From Camelus ferus (Eukaryota), in NCBI RefSeq assembly GCF_009834535.1, contig NC_045707.1:59770001-59834000 (forward strand): a DNA stretch of 64,000 nt, written 5' to 3'. The notes beneath the pieces are model-generated. The model made no database searches. It was not told where the DNA came from and saw only the letters and a list, made by a program, of their open reading frames with translations. How positions within the stretch are numbered: the stretch's first letter is position 1; each line of letters opens with the position of its first letter. The translations under genes and the position numbers were made by a program. Shown piece by piece: positions 13,561 to 27,272 of this stretch.

Positions 13561-15319
13561 TTATCAAATGTCCTGGAATCCTTGGCAGTCTATACGTTAA
13601 AGTGAGGCATATAAAGTAGATTAGAAGGCTTGTGTGAATGGTTAGAGTTTATCAGTTCATGGGTCTCATAGTAGAGTGAGTAGGTAGCGTTTGTATGTTT
13701 CAGCAAAGCTTCACGTGTCACTATCTAGAAATCCCTTCTACTCCCCACTCCCCTTTCTTGAAGAAGAAATCTAGCACTCTCCTCCCTAGGGAGTTAAAGT
13801 TTGGATGTGGCATCCTGTAACAGGAAGGATTTCATGGTTTCTCTCCTTAGTATCCACATCGCCAATTAATGATCTTGTTTCCAGGCCCTCCATTGTGTCA
13901 GAAACTATCGTATCAGACACACTACTGTATCTGGTTCTATTCCAGAGGGAGTGAACCTCAGGCCTTATCTCAGGATTGAGTAGGAATTGTCACTTGGGTG
14001 TGGAGGCAATCTAGGAAATTAAAATAGCTCATTCAGAATTTCAGCTATCATCCATTCCCCTCTTCAGTGATTCTTGTCACCTCCGATGCCTGAGCCACTC
14101 CAGGGTCCAAAGGGAAAACTCCATCTCTCATGGCCTCTTCCCTCTTCAGCATTCTGTACTCTGGTGACAGTGTTTCCTTTGCACTTTGCTCTACGACACA
14201 CCATTGAGCTTACTCATGTCCTCCCCTATCTCCTTTCCTGGTAGGTTTTTATTCTTTGCTAACTTTTTGGTGAGATTTGAGAGGAAGAAAAAATAAACAC
14301 ATGAACTCAATCTTCCATGCTTAAGAAGAGGACTTCCCTTCCCTATCCAATTATGAAGTCAGGTTTCTGTCCCTTTCTGGCCCCCAAAACTGTTTTAGCG
14401 AAGGATCAATAATGATATTCTACATTCCAAGACCAACACACTCATGACTGCCAAACCTCTGTATATGAAGCCAAGGTCTCTCTTCACAGCAGCATACAGA
14501 AGTGTTCTCTGGGCATCAGTTACAAAGCTGGACTCACTGTTTCCTCTACCCTCAAGCTATTACTGCCTTAAACGATACCACTATCCAACTATCAAGCTGG
14601 AGACTTGGATATTTTCTCCTCTCCCTCATCCTTCCCCATCTAATAAAAAATTCAATAGATCTGACTAAATTAATATATTTTATATAAATATCTCCCCTCT
14701 ATCATCAGTGTTAATGCTTTAGTCCACTTTTTTTTAAACTAATGTTTATCTTTGTTACAGAAAGAGTCCAACTATACTCTTTCTATCTCGTTTTGTACTT
14801 TCTATACTGTTACAAGTGAGAGCTTTCCTAAACACAAATCCACCCTGCCCTTGCCTGTTGAAAAGCAAGAAAACACTTTTGATCATAAGCCATAGTAACC
14901 AACTCAAACACCCTTAGGCATTTTTTGGTTCATATGACCAAACTGCTGGAAAGGTATGCTAGCTCCCAGAGGACTAAAATGAATCCTGTATTAGAACACC
15001 TCCAAAAGACTCGTTAGGTTGCTTCTCTGTTTTTCTCAGTGTGTTAGGTTTACGAACCACACTGACTGTGCCCATAAGGCTGGAATCACAGCCCCTGCAA
15101 TCTGGGGCACACATTCTACCGGCTTGGCTACCAGAGGAGCAGGGACTGGCACTCTTATTTCCAATGTTTAATCCTAAAGAAAGATATGGGTGAGGCCAGC
15201 TTGGGTTTCTTGCCTACTCTGATAGCCAGTGGGAATGGAGATGGGTGACGGAATGAATGGGGAGTAGGTTCCCAGAAATGATTAAAATAATTAGAAGAAC
15301 ACTGGGCAATAGCATTGTC

Positions 15320-15500
15320 CACTATGTAATACAGACTGTCTGGACTTGAGTTCCGGCGCAACAGCCCCCTAGCTGTCTAACTGCCTTCTCAGTGCCTTAG
15401 TCATCTAAAATATAAAATGAGTAATAACTCCATAGACTTGTTGATTTAATATGGGTAAAATTCTTAGAATAGATTTAGCTCTACAGTTAAGTACTAACTG
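15320..15500 (+). mobile_element. MIR SINE
   Basis: AGACTGTCTGGACTTGAGTTCC...CTCAGTGCCTTAG...TAAAATGAGTAATAA. Confidence 0.6.
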
Positions 15501-15899
15501 TTATACATGTATAAGCAAATCAAATTTTCTTACCGTGACAAAGAGAGCCTATTACAACCTGGTCCCTGATTAATATCTCAACACTATTCTTAGCCTGTTC
15601 CTCATACCAACGCTTCCAAACTGTGCTGATCAGTATCTCCATGCCTCCTGGTTCTTGCTCATGCTATTCTCTCTTCCTGGAATGTGCTTCCCTAGTTTTG
15701 TCTGCCTATCTGTCATAAAAGTTTCATTTTAATATTAAAATGTTTATACCTCACCTTAGTCATGTTACTTCTAAATGATACAAAAAATTGTCCAAGATTT
15801 ATGCCATGCTCCTCTTAAGAACTGAAATAGAAAATGGTCTCCTTTTATCCCCCTCTTGACTTCAGTCCCATGCCTACTATTGCTCCTATACAGACTAAA

Positions 15900-16780
15900 G
15901 ACTCGCACAGATGTAGCTCCAGCCCAGACTGAACCCTCAGACCCTGAACATATTATTCAGCTTCTCACTTGAACCTCCACATTTATGACTCAAAGCCTCT
16001 CAAACGTCAATATATCCAAGGCTGAACTCAATCTTTCTACTACAACGGCTATTTTTGGCCAATACTTGTTCCTGTAAGTGAAATCAACCTTCCAGTGGTT
16101 CCTGCCACCCTCATTATTCACTTTATCAACAGCTGGTGGATGATTCTCGACACAGCTGCCCTTCCCCAGTCCCACTTCTGTTCCTTTCCTTCATGATGAG
16201 CACTACAGCCAGAGGGATCGTTTTGAATGCAACCTTATTGTATTTCTCCTTCAATTAAAAGTTTTCAATAGCTTTTCTTCATCTTTATCACGAAGTCCAA
16301 TATTCTTACCCTGGCAGATGACATCCTGCAGGATCTAGACTGCTCACTTCTCCAGCTTTATCTTAAGCCATTCGCCTGCTCACCAAGGAGGAGATTTCTC
16401 TGACTTCTTCAGATTCCTCCAACATGCCAACAGCTCCTGACTTGTAGTCTTGACTCATGCTTCTCTTTTTCCACCCACACTCCTCCCCAGTTCCTAAAGT
16501 GTACAAATCCATGCATCCTTTTAATCTCAGCTTAAATGTCACTTTATCAGAGGAACCGTTCTTTCCATTTTTCATGGCACTCTATCCTTGATTTTCATGC
16601 CTGGGTCAGAATTTTAACTAATTAATTAATTCTTCTATTACTTCTTTACTTTCTTTTCCATTTGCCCGTAAGTTCCCCAAAGGCAGAGCGTTTGCCTTAT
16701 TTATGACTAAAACCCCAATTTCTTTGCAGAGTATCTCTAACATAATTGGAATGATATAAATACTTTTTGAATAAGTGAGA
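15900..16780 (+). mobile_element. L2 3' portion
   Basis: CTCCAGCCCAGACT...CCTCAAACGTCAATATATCCAAGGCTGAACTC...TCTCAGCTTAAATGTCACTTTATCAGAG, ending in a TGAAT-like tail. Confidence 0.75.
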
Positions 16781-16930
16781 TGGGAACATTAGGTAAGGAC
16801 AATAAATTCAATCAATGTAGTATTGTGTGGCTGTGAAAAGATATATACTAAAAACTGCTGATGTGAACAAATGCTAAAAACAAATTAGTCACATAGTATT
16901 TCAATTTCATAAAAATGCACAGAAGGCAGA

Positions 16931-17453
16931 TGTGGTAGGCAAAAAAAAAAAAAAAAAAAGAGAGAGAAAGAAAAAAAGGCCCCCCCCCCCAAGATGTCCA
17001 CACTTTGGAACCTTTGAATATGTTATATTGCATGGGAAGGAGTAATTAAGATTGCTAATCAGTTGACATTAAAATAATGATTATTAAAATGAGATTATTC
17101 TGGATTATTTGCTTAAACCAAATGTAATCATAAGGGTCCTTTAAATATAGAAGATGAAGCAGAAGAATCAGAATCAGAGCCAGGAGGATGGGAGAGACTC
17201 AATCAGCCATTGCTGGGTTTGAAGACAGAAGGAAAACATAAGCCAAGGAATGTGGACAATCTCTAGAAGCTAAAAAAGGCAAGGAAAATGTTCTCTAGAG
17301 CCCCCAGAAGGAATGCAGCCCCCCATTCTTAATTTTATCCCAGTGAGACCCATTTTGGACTTCTTACCTCCAGAACTGTAAAATAAAATATTTGGGGATT
17401 TTAAGCCATCAGTTTGTGATAGTCTGTTAAAGCAGCAATAGGAAACTAATACA
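16931..17453 (+). mobile_element. MaLR solo LTR (MLT1D-like)
   Basis: TGTGGTAGGC start, CCAAGATGTCCACA, CCCAGTGAGACCCATTTTGGACTTCT, and end GCAGCAATAGGAAACTAATACA. Confidence 0.88.
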
Positions 17454-18598
17454 ACAGGATATATGAAGATAAACAAGTGTACATGTTTCTGTTTTCTTTT
17501 CAAATTCTGTATGTTTTTGTAGGCAAGCTCTCTGCAACTTCTCCTGTCTCTGCTTTTAGTTCTATTTCACCAGCATAGTTTGCAGCACTGTGCTTAAGAC
17601 TGCCATAGTTCTACTGAACACATGAAATTTATAAAACAAAAAAATCTAGAGAAACTATCTTGCTCACAAATGTAATTATCGTTTTCTAAACACGTTAAGT
17701 GAAACACGTAGGCAGCAAATATCCAGAGAAATTTCATAATTTTGCTTGCTAAAATGATGAATAAATTTTCATTAGTTACACTAATATTTAATATTATGAA
17801 AGGACTTAAGAAAATATCTATATAGCTTGATGACTTTTAGCACTGAAAGACAGAAATAGTTCCCAGGATAATATTATTATCCTTTTACTATTTTATTCTC
17901 TTTCTATGCTTTTATAGTAGTAATAAAAACAAACACTGGATTTTGGACTCTGAGAAGCATGCTGTAGTTCCTGAATGGGGAAGAAAAGGGAACTCCTCAA
18001 TGGAATTTTTTGTTACTGTCAGCATCTCTTAGGTGATCTTCTTATGCTGAAACAGAGCATCTGAATAAAATGCATATGGACACCTGATACTATTTCATAT
18101 TTAGGAAACTTGGAGGACAGTAAAGCCTTTAAGGTTAACAAATTTACTTATAAGGCTAGAAAATGTACTCCAGAATTATGCATTCAACAGTATTATTCTC
18201 AGTTCTATCACACTTTGAAGAGAGCGTAAATTGACCTTTGAAAGATCTGAAATTTAAATTATAATGTAACATAAGATTTCTTTATCAAATTGATTTAAGA
18301 GATGATTTTTTTAAAGCAGAAGCATAGAATATTTATCTTCAATCACATGAATGTTATGTTCTCAAATCATGCATTTTTTTCCTAAAGCCCTTTCTAGATA
18401 TTTCTTGGTGTATAAACAGATTAAAAATCTGCTTTTGTTTTGCCACATGGCCAAATCCCTGAAACTTTGTAGATAGAATATTGAAACCATATGAAAACCT
18501 GTCACTGAACAGAGGAAATTATTCACAGAGAAAAGACCACTAAGAGCAAATGGACAAAAACTAGTTCAAAGCAGCCATAGAGTTGGTTCATTTCACTC

Positions 18599-18617
18599 TA
18601 GCACCTCCTGGTGGCAA
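18599..18617 (-). promoter_or_regulatory. Candidate CTCF site
   Basis: Minus strand TTGCCACCAGGAGGTGCTA matches 16 of 19 positions of consensus TGGCCACCAGGGGGCGCTA. Confidence 0.6.
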
Positions 18618-21600
18618 ATATTGTGTATGGCTGAATCCTACAGCATAGACAGAAGAATTTACTGCAAACATCATTTAATGCTTGGGGTATGGCTTAATAT
18701 TTTGATTCCTGTCCTCACCAAAGCAGTTTAAAAGTATTTGTAATTTTTTCTATAGTTAAGGGTATACATACATAATATGACCGTATCAGAAAAAAAATTT
18801 TTAAGTTTCCTTCTAGAACTTTGAGTTAATTTCAAGGCATTTTGAATTTCTGTTCTCAAAAACAAAATTGGATAAGGTAGAATCAAAAACAGGACTGTAG
18901 ATAAATACACAAGTACCCACGTATGTGATCTCAGTCTGCATTATACACAAAAGAAGCAACTTTAACAGAAACATGCCTTATATTTTCTTATTAGATTCAC
19001 AATGTGGTATTATTTCGTGTCAGTAATATCTAACATTTCTTGAGATCTTACATGAATAGCTGAAATAACGCTAAAATATGTTATATGTGTAATCATATTT
19101 GGTGATACAAAAAGCTAATGATACATATGTGTGTGTGTTATTATCCACATTTAATGGATATGAAAAAGTAATAATTTATTTGGCATACTTTAAAATAATG
19201 AATAGAAACACTTAAGAGACAAAGATTAAAAGTACTTTCACATTCAAAGAATAAGTGAATGGATAAATATATTCATTACTTAAAATCATGTATTTATCAA
19301 GAACCAAACATTGGAATTTAACATGAAAAAGGTTCACCACTATATCGAAAACATTCACTGTCTGAGCTGCAGAAACAAGAAATAAGACAATTAGAATATC
19401 ATGAAAACTGTCGTAATAGACACAAATGTACCAAATGTCAGGATCACGAAGAAGACAAGCCTTTACATTTGTATGAAGACACAGAAAGGGCATCAGCTGG
19501 CTAGGGATCAGAACCCTCCCATTAATTCTCTATTTCTATGACCATTAAGCATCCAAGGAATTATAATATGGCTCTGCACCTGGATTTCCTGCAGGGAGAA
19601 GATGTGTGAGCCAGAAGATTCAAACCCTTCACAGCATCTGTCATAATTTAATTTTGGAATTTACTTACATTAAGTGGACAGAGATGATCTCTATTTTGTA
19701 TATCATTGACCTCCCAACAGCCAGCCAGCAGAGTGCTGGACACATGGTGTGACTTGCGAAATACCTGCTCAATGACTCCACGTGGCCTACGCAGGCTGCC
19801 TGCCTCCTTAAGGAACATCTCATCATAAGCCCATAATCACAACACTATCCTCTGCAGCCAAACATTTTCAATGCTTTTAAATAGCATGAAGTGTAACGAT
19901 TAAGTGGTGCGATTCTGCAAAAGTGAAAGGTGAATGCATACAGTGATCTACTCCTCAGTTTACTTTATTGATAAGCACTTCTATAAGAGGCAGGTTTGAT
20001 AAAGGAAAGGGGATTGAGAGATGTTTTGGTGTATCACACAATCTCCCACGATGGCAGAGACTGCACCATTGTCTCTTCTGCATCCTAGTCGCCTACTCAG
20101 TGTGTGACACACTGTAGACATGCAATCAAATACTTGTTGAAGAATGAGAAGCAATAACTATGAAATGGTTTATGTATTTTACAGAGTTTATCACAAACTA
20201 GAAAAATATTAAGATTCTGGAAGGCAGAAAAATTATTTAAAATCACTGAAGCTTGTCACACAAAAGCTACAGCCATATCCCTATGTAGAATCATAAAGAA
20301 AAAGAAACTCCGTACACTTTCATCTGGACCAAGCCTCACTGGTGCTTGTGCCAAGAACATACGGCAAAGAAGGGGAAAAAGCAATCATTTGTGAAGTCAG
20401 AGAGCTGAACTTCATGAGTAAGGCTTTGGCTGGAAAATTGCTATCACCGTAAACACTGCATGATTTCCAAGGAACATGACAAAATTTATATCAATAATAC
20501 CATAAGATAAATATTTGGCTTAATTCAAGAATAGTTCAGATCATTATTTTATTTAAACCATTTCCCCATATAAACAAAGCATGGAAACAGCTTGGACACT
20601 CCTCAAAAGACTCTAAAGAACTCAACGACCCATGTAATAACATTATTTAACAAAATTTCTCCCAGACTATAGCAGAATATTTTACATTTTTTTCCATTAC
20701 TGCAATTTATGTGTAATATGAATACTGTCCATCAAAAAAAAGTCGCATGGCCCTCTAGTAATCAAAAGTTATTGCTAAACAGCATTACCAGCATAATGCT
20801 TTGTAGAAGCAAAGGTTTACACATTGAAAAGCTGAAAGCTCTCACATACCATATCAACATTTTTTAATACTACCTGGTGCTCTAACATATAAATACACAG
20901 CATGTACTTTGCTTCAAAGAGCACAAGTATATTAGTTACAGGAAGTCTTCAATCCCCTTTTTTCTTGAACAAAGGGTGTTTATAATTCCTATCAAATGAA
21001 GTATGTCAGTCACAGCCCAGTACACAGTGTAGAAAAATACTACCAAACACGACTGAAATCATTTTCAGGTCTTTCATTTTATACAGAAATTCCACTCTTA
21101 CAATGAAACAAGAGAATAAACAAAAATGTGCATCATGTTGAAAGGGTTGTTTGTGGGCTCCAGCATTGCTTTTTGCAATGCAAACATTTGTCCAGCAGAA
21201 AATTGAGTTGGGTTTCAGTTCCATTCAAATACACAGAACACATGGTTTATGGCAATTGTTGGCACTGTATAAAATCAATTCTTCTAAGTGTGCTATTCTT
21301 GAATTTCTTGCCCATAGAAAACCTGAGCAGTGCAGTGGTTTCCAGACCTGATTAGGGTTGGCTATCCTGAGTCAGAATAGAATAGCTTCTTTTCCTTTAA
21401 TTAATAGATTTTGCGATTTTACCTCCCACAAATCAGATAATAATTACGAACTGATTTGCATTCCTTGAGAAAATGTGCTGTGTAAATTGCTACATTTCTA
21501 TAGCACACTTTCGTGAAATGGCTGCTCATAGGGTGATATGAGTTTCAGTATTTCAGATCTTTAATGTAATATCTTAATTTCAATATATATGATAATAAGA

Positions 21601-22122
21601 ATTACTGATTTGAAAAAGATAAATAACTAAAGCCACTCTCTTTACATTCCATTCAATGTTTCGTGTTTTTATACCCATGTTTCTTACATACAATTAGCAC
21701 TAATTTAAGTGTAAAATGTCTACCTAAGTTATTGAATTATAAGAGTTAACATATCTGAAATGCATGTGGTTACATTCAGATATATGAGGGAATTAAGGTA
21801 AATATAAAAAGGAATTACAACAAAAATTTAGTTCCTCAGAATTTGCAGTTGACTCAAATTTCTTCACTATGCTAACACAGGGCAAAGTAGACACCATCAA
21901 AGTGAGCCAACTATATGAATTAGGCTGAGAAAAAAAATCCACATATTCAGAATATATCCTATAGTCATTACACACAATAAATAAGATCAGCTTCATGTTT
22001 AACACCCTTACAATGCACTCACAAAGATAATGATGAATATTTGACTATTATCCTAATTCTGAAAATGGGAGATTAGAGTTTTTGAGATGTTAAATGACTT
22101 GTCTCCTTTTTCCCCAGCTTAC

Positions 22123-22175
22123 AGAGGATCCATTGGATCTGCACGTGGACCATAGTTACCAAATGGTCCTATTAC
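22123..22175 (-). CDS. Candidate 53-nt exon (VIGPFGNYGPRADPMDP-L)
   Basis: gtttgtttttgttttag|GTAATAGGA...GATCCTCT|gtaagc. Only the phase-0 frame is open. Confidence 0.45.
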
Positions 22176-22244
22176 CTAAAACAAAAACAAACAAACAAAC
22201 CACAAATTTATCTCTAAATCAAACTCAGACCACACTGCTGAGCA

Positions 22245-25200
22245 AACACAAATACAGAATACTGCAATACTGTAACAGCGGTGCATAAATCACTTTAAAT
22301 TGTGATATAGAAGTTAAAAGACAAAAATATGAGAAATAACGATAATAGTAAAATAATGTTAATGGATATACAATATATAAAGACATAATTTGTGACATCA
22401 ATAACATACAGTATAGGTGGAATGAGAAGTAAAAGAACAGAGTCTTTTGTATGTGATTGAAGTTAAATTGTCATAAGTTTAAAAAAAGATTGCTGTGACT
22501 ACAAGATGTTTTATGTAAGCCCCATGGAAACCACAGAGAAAACATTTCTAGGAAATACACAGAGAAAAAGAGAATAGAATCAAAGTATATCACGTCAATA
22601 GGAAAGCCATACCTATCATTAATTACTTTAAATGTAACTTCCCAACCAAAAGAGATAGAATGACTAAATGGATTTTAAAAATCCAATTATTTGCTGTCTA
22701 CAAGAGACCCACCTTAGATTTAGACACACATAGGCTAAAAGTGAAAGGATTGAAAAAACATAATCTATGCAAATGGTAACCAAAAGAGAGCAGGGGTATC
22801 CAACTTCTGTAAGGCATAATAGACTTTAAATTGTAAAAAATGTCACAAAACAAAGAAGAACATTATAAAATAACAGGAGTCAATTCATAAGGAAGATTTA
22901 ACAATAACAAATGCATATGAACCCAACATCAAAGCACCCATATATATGAAGTAAACAGAGAGAGACTGAAGGGAGAAATAGACAGGCACACAATAATAAT
23001 AGAATATTACAATACCCCACTTTGAATAATTAATAGAACATCCAACAGAAGATCAAGAAGGAAATGGAGAACCTGAACAACACTATACAAACAAATGAAT
23101 CTCACAGGCATATATAGAATATTCCATCCAACAGCAGCAGAATATGAATTTTTCTCAAGCACATATGAAACATTCTTCAGGATAGATCACATGCTAGGTC
23201 ACAAAATAAGTCTTACAGATTTAAGATTAAATCTTTTCTTATTACAATGGAATGAAATGAGAAATCAATTACAAAAGGAAAACTGGAAAATTAACAGATT
23301 TGTAGAAATTAAACAGTGCATTCTTGAAAAGCAAATGGATCAAAAAAGAAATCAAAAGTTAGAAAATATCTTGAAATATAGGAAAACAAAATGAAAACAC
23401 AAATATCAAAACATAAGGGATGCAGCAAAAAAACCTCACAAATTGGATAGTATAGAGTGATAAATGCCTATATTTAAGAAGAGAGATCTCAAGAAAAAAC
23501 CTAATTTTATACCTAAAGGACCTAGAAAAAGAAGAATATGCTTAGCCCAAAGTTAGCAGAAGAAAGAAAATAATATTAGAAAATAAAATAAACAAACCAT
23601 AGAATAGAAAACCAACAAAACTAGAAGTTGATTTTCTGAAAAGTTCAATAAAATTAACAAATCTTTACTTTGACTAACTGGACAAAAAGGGAGTACACAA
23701 TTAAATAAAATCATAAATGACCAAGGAGATATTATAACCAATGCCAAAAAAATATAAAAATATTATAAAAATACTATGAACAATTATCTGCAAAAAAAAT
23801 TGAATAATCTAAAATAAATGGAAACTGAACAGACCTATAACTAGTAAGAAGATTAAGTCAGTAATTAAAAACCTCTTATCAAAGAAAAAACCAGGACCAA
23901 AGGGCTTCACTGGTCAATTTTACCAAACATTTAAAAAATAATTAATATCTATTCTTCTCAAACTCTTCCAAAAAAATTAAAGAGCAAGGAACACTTCCAA
24001 GTTAATTTTATGAGGACAGAATCACACTGATATCAAAGCAAAACAAAGACACTACAAGATAAACAACAACTACTACAGGCCAATATTCTTGATAAATATA
24101 CATGCAAAAATCCTCAAAAAAAAATACTAGCAAACCAAATTCAACAGCACATTAAAACCATGATGAAGTGGGAGTTATCCCTGGGAGGCAAAGATAGGTC
24201 AATGTATGAAAATCAATCTATGCAATATACTATATTAACAGACAAATGATAAAAATTGCATGATCATCTCAATAGATGCAGGAGAAACTGCTTGACAAAA
24301 TTCTACACCTTTTCATGATAAAAACACTCAACAAACTAGGACTAAAAAGAAATTGCTTCAACATTATAAAGGCCATATATGAAAGCCCACAGCTAATATA
24401 CTCAATGGTGAAGAGCTGAGAGATTTTCCTCTAAGATCAAGAAAAGGCAAGAATGCCCACTCTCACCACTTCTATTCAACACAGTACTGGAAGTCCCAGG
24501 CAGAGCAATTAGACAAGAAAAAGAAGTAAACGGCATCCAAATTGGAAACAAAGAAGTCAAATTACCTGTTTGCAAATGACATAATCTTAAATGTCAAAAA
24601 CCATAAAGATTCCACATACACACATAAACTTTTATAGTTAAAAAACAAATTCAGTAAGATGTATGACAGTCAACATACAGTAATCAGTTGCACATTTGTG
24701 TCCTGACAACAAATATTCTGAGAATAAAATTTTTTAAAACATCTCATTTCAGTAGCACCAAAAATAATAAAATGCTTAGGAAAAGGTTACAGAGAAGAAT
24801 AAAATACTTGTAAATAAACTTAACCAGGGAGGCAAAATAATATACACTTTGAAATACAAAACACTGATGAAAGAAATTAATGATGGCACAAATAAATGGA
24901 AAGACATTTCAAGTTCATGTATTAGAAGACTTGCTATTCTTAAAAATTCCATATACTCAAAGTGATCTACAGAGTCAAAGCAATCCCTATCAAAATCCCA
25001 ATGGCATTTTTTTTTGCAGAAATATGAAAAAAATCTGAAATTAATATGGAAGCACCCAGGACCCTGAGTAGTTAAAATATTCTTGAAACAGAAGAACAAA
25101 ACTGGAGGCAACACACTTTCTGACATTAAAACTTACTACAAAGCTACAGTAATCAATAGAGTGTAATACTGGCATATAAACCAATGTAACAGAATAGAAA

Positions 25201-26550
25201 GCCCAGAAATATACCCATGTATATTTGGTCAAATGACCTTTGACTAGGGAGCCAAGAATACACCCTTGTGAGGAAAGGAGTCTCTTCAACAAATGGTGAT
25301 GGGAAAACCAGATATTCATATGCAAGAGAATCAAAGTGGACCCTTATTTTTATACCATATTCAAAAATCAACTCAAAATAAATTCATGACTTAAGTGTAA
25401 GGCTATAAAACTCATAGAAGAAAATATAAAAGAAAAGCTTTATAAATTAGTCTGAATGTAACATTACAATGGTGTATTGGCTAGATACAAAAAGCACACG
25501 CAACTAAAACAAAAATAGACAAGTGGGGCTATGTTAAACTGAAAAGCTTCTGCACAGCAAACAATTAACATAGTATATTAAAAAATATATTGGGTGAGAG
25601 AAAATATTTATAAATCATATATCTGCTAGGGGCTTTAATATCCAAAATATGTAAGGAATACCTACAACTCAATAGCAAAAAACAAAAAACAAAAAAACCA
25701 TTAAAAAATGGGCAAAGAACTTGAGGAGCTATTGTTCCAAAGAAGACATACAAATGGCCAACATGTGTATGAAAAAATGTTCAACATCACTACTCATCAG
25801 GAAAATACAAATCTAAATCACAATGTGGTATCACTTTATATGTTAGGATGGCCATTGAGGTGGACGGAGGGACAGAAAATAACTAATGTTCATGAGGATA
25901 TGGAGAATGGGAATCTTTGTACACTGTTTGTGGTAATACAAAATGGTACAACCAGTGTGGAAATCAACATGGAGTTTTTTAAACAATTAAAAATAGAACT
26001 ACCATATGACCCAGAAATCCCACTTCTGTGTATTTATTTTTAAAGAAAACTGAAAACAGCTCTCAAAGACATATTTGCAATCCCATGTTCATTACAGTAT
26101 TATTCACAAAAGCAAAAGGTAGAAACAATCTAAATGTTCATTGATGGATGAAATGATAAAGACAACGTTATGTATACAAATAATGGAGTATTACTCAGCT
26201 TTAAAAAGGAAGAAGATCTTGTCATATGCCACACCATGTATGAACCTTGAGAATAATATGCAAAAAAATGAAATAAACCAGTCACAGAAGGACAAATGTG
26301 TGACTCCCCTTACACGAGGTATCTAATGTAGCCAAATTCATAGAAGCAGAAAATAGGATGGTGATAGACAAAGGCAGTGGGGAGGGAAATAGGGAGTTGC
26401 TGTTCAATGGGTGTGGAGTTTCATTCAAGATGAGCAAGTTCCAGAGGTCTACTGTACAACAATATGCATATAGTTAATACTGTACTGCACACTTAAAAAT
26501 TTAAGAGAGTAGATTTGGTGTCGTGTTTTAACTACATTAAAAAAAAAAAA
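22245..26550 (+). mobile_element. Old 5'-truncated LINE-1 (L1MA/L1MB-like), heavily decayed ORF2 plus 3' UTR
   Basis: ORF2 remnants (IYRIFHPTAAEYEFFSS, RIDHMLGHK, LKIELPYDPEIPLL) with many stops. L1M-type 3' end and A12 tail at 26539-26550. Confidence 0.93.
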
Positions 26551-27186
26551 GCATGAAAACCGGAGATGTCCAATAATTCCCTACATGCACACATATGAAC
26601 ACGCTCATGTACATATGTTTCACTTTCAGCAAGCTGCAAAACATAGTTGCTTTATTCTTTCTACTACAGTGTTCTCTTATAATAAACATCGCAGGCAGCT
26701 TCCTAAAAGCTTTATTCTGCAGGATTGCTGCTGTCAGTGTAAGATGTCTAATTTGCTTCCCAGATGGAGTTTGCTTTGTGCATATCTCATTTAATATTCA
26801 TCAAAAGCTGGTGTGGTGAAAATTGTATATCCCTTTTTTCAAGATAAGAAAATTGAGGCATAGAAATGTTAAGTAGAGGGAATAAAAAGTATAGTTTAGA
26901 TTGAAATTAGATACGTACAACTCTAGTCTAGGATTCTAGCCACGATTGTAGTCCAAGAGAAAAACTGAGAATTTCAAATTATTCATTGGTAACTTGATTT
27001 GTTATTATATGACCTTGAACTTATATATGAGAAATGATTTCAGCTGCTTAGATAAGGTGCTTATAAATTTCTGCCATGACTGAAAAATGTGGAGGAAAAC
27101 TAAAGGTCATAATTTCCGCTATTCCTGTAAACCAATGAGTGCATGCTAAATTGGACAAATGCAACTTCACAAATGTGTAAAGAAAA

Positions 27187-27272
27187 GAAAGCCCACAGCT
27201 AATATACTCAATGGTGAAGAGCTGAGAGATTTTCCTCTAAGATCAAGAAAAAGGCAAGAATGCCCACTCTCA
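27187..27272 (+). repeat. Near-exact 86-bp local copy of 24381-24465
   Basis: GAAAGCCCACAGCTAATATACTC...GAATGCCCACTCTCA is identical in both places except for one extra A. Confidence 0.95.

Noticed and set aside
19339..19390. Strong minus-strand acceptor cttatttcttgtttctgcag near 19368
   Set aside because: The nearest donor (GTG|gtgaac) is weak, so an exon cannot be supported without RNA data.
19322..19504. Plus-strand open frame HEKGSPLYRKHSLSELQKQEIRQLEY...CTKCQDH
   Set aside because: No ATG, no splice signals and no recognisable domain. Length is compatible with chance.
38..21355. Numerous 60-118 aa ORFs in the provided track
   Set aside because: No domain similarity I can recognise, many with non-ATG starts or inside L2/MIR/LTR remnants. 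Expected background in mammalian DNA.
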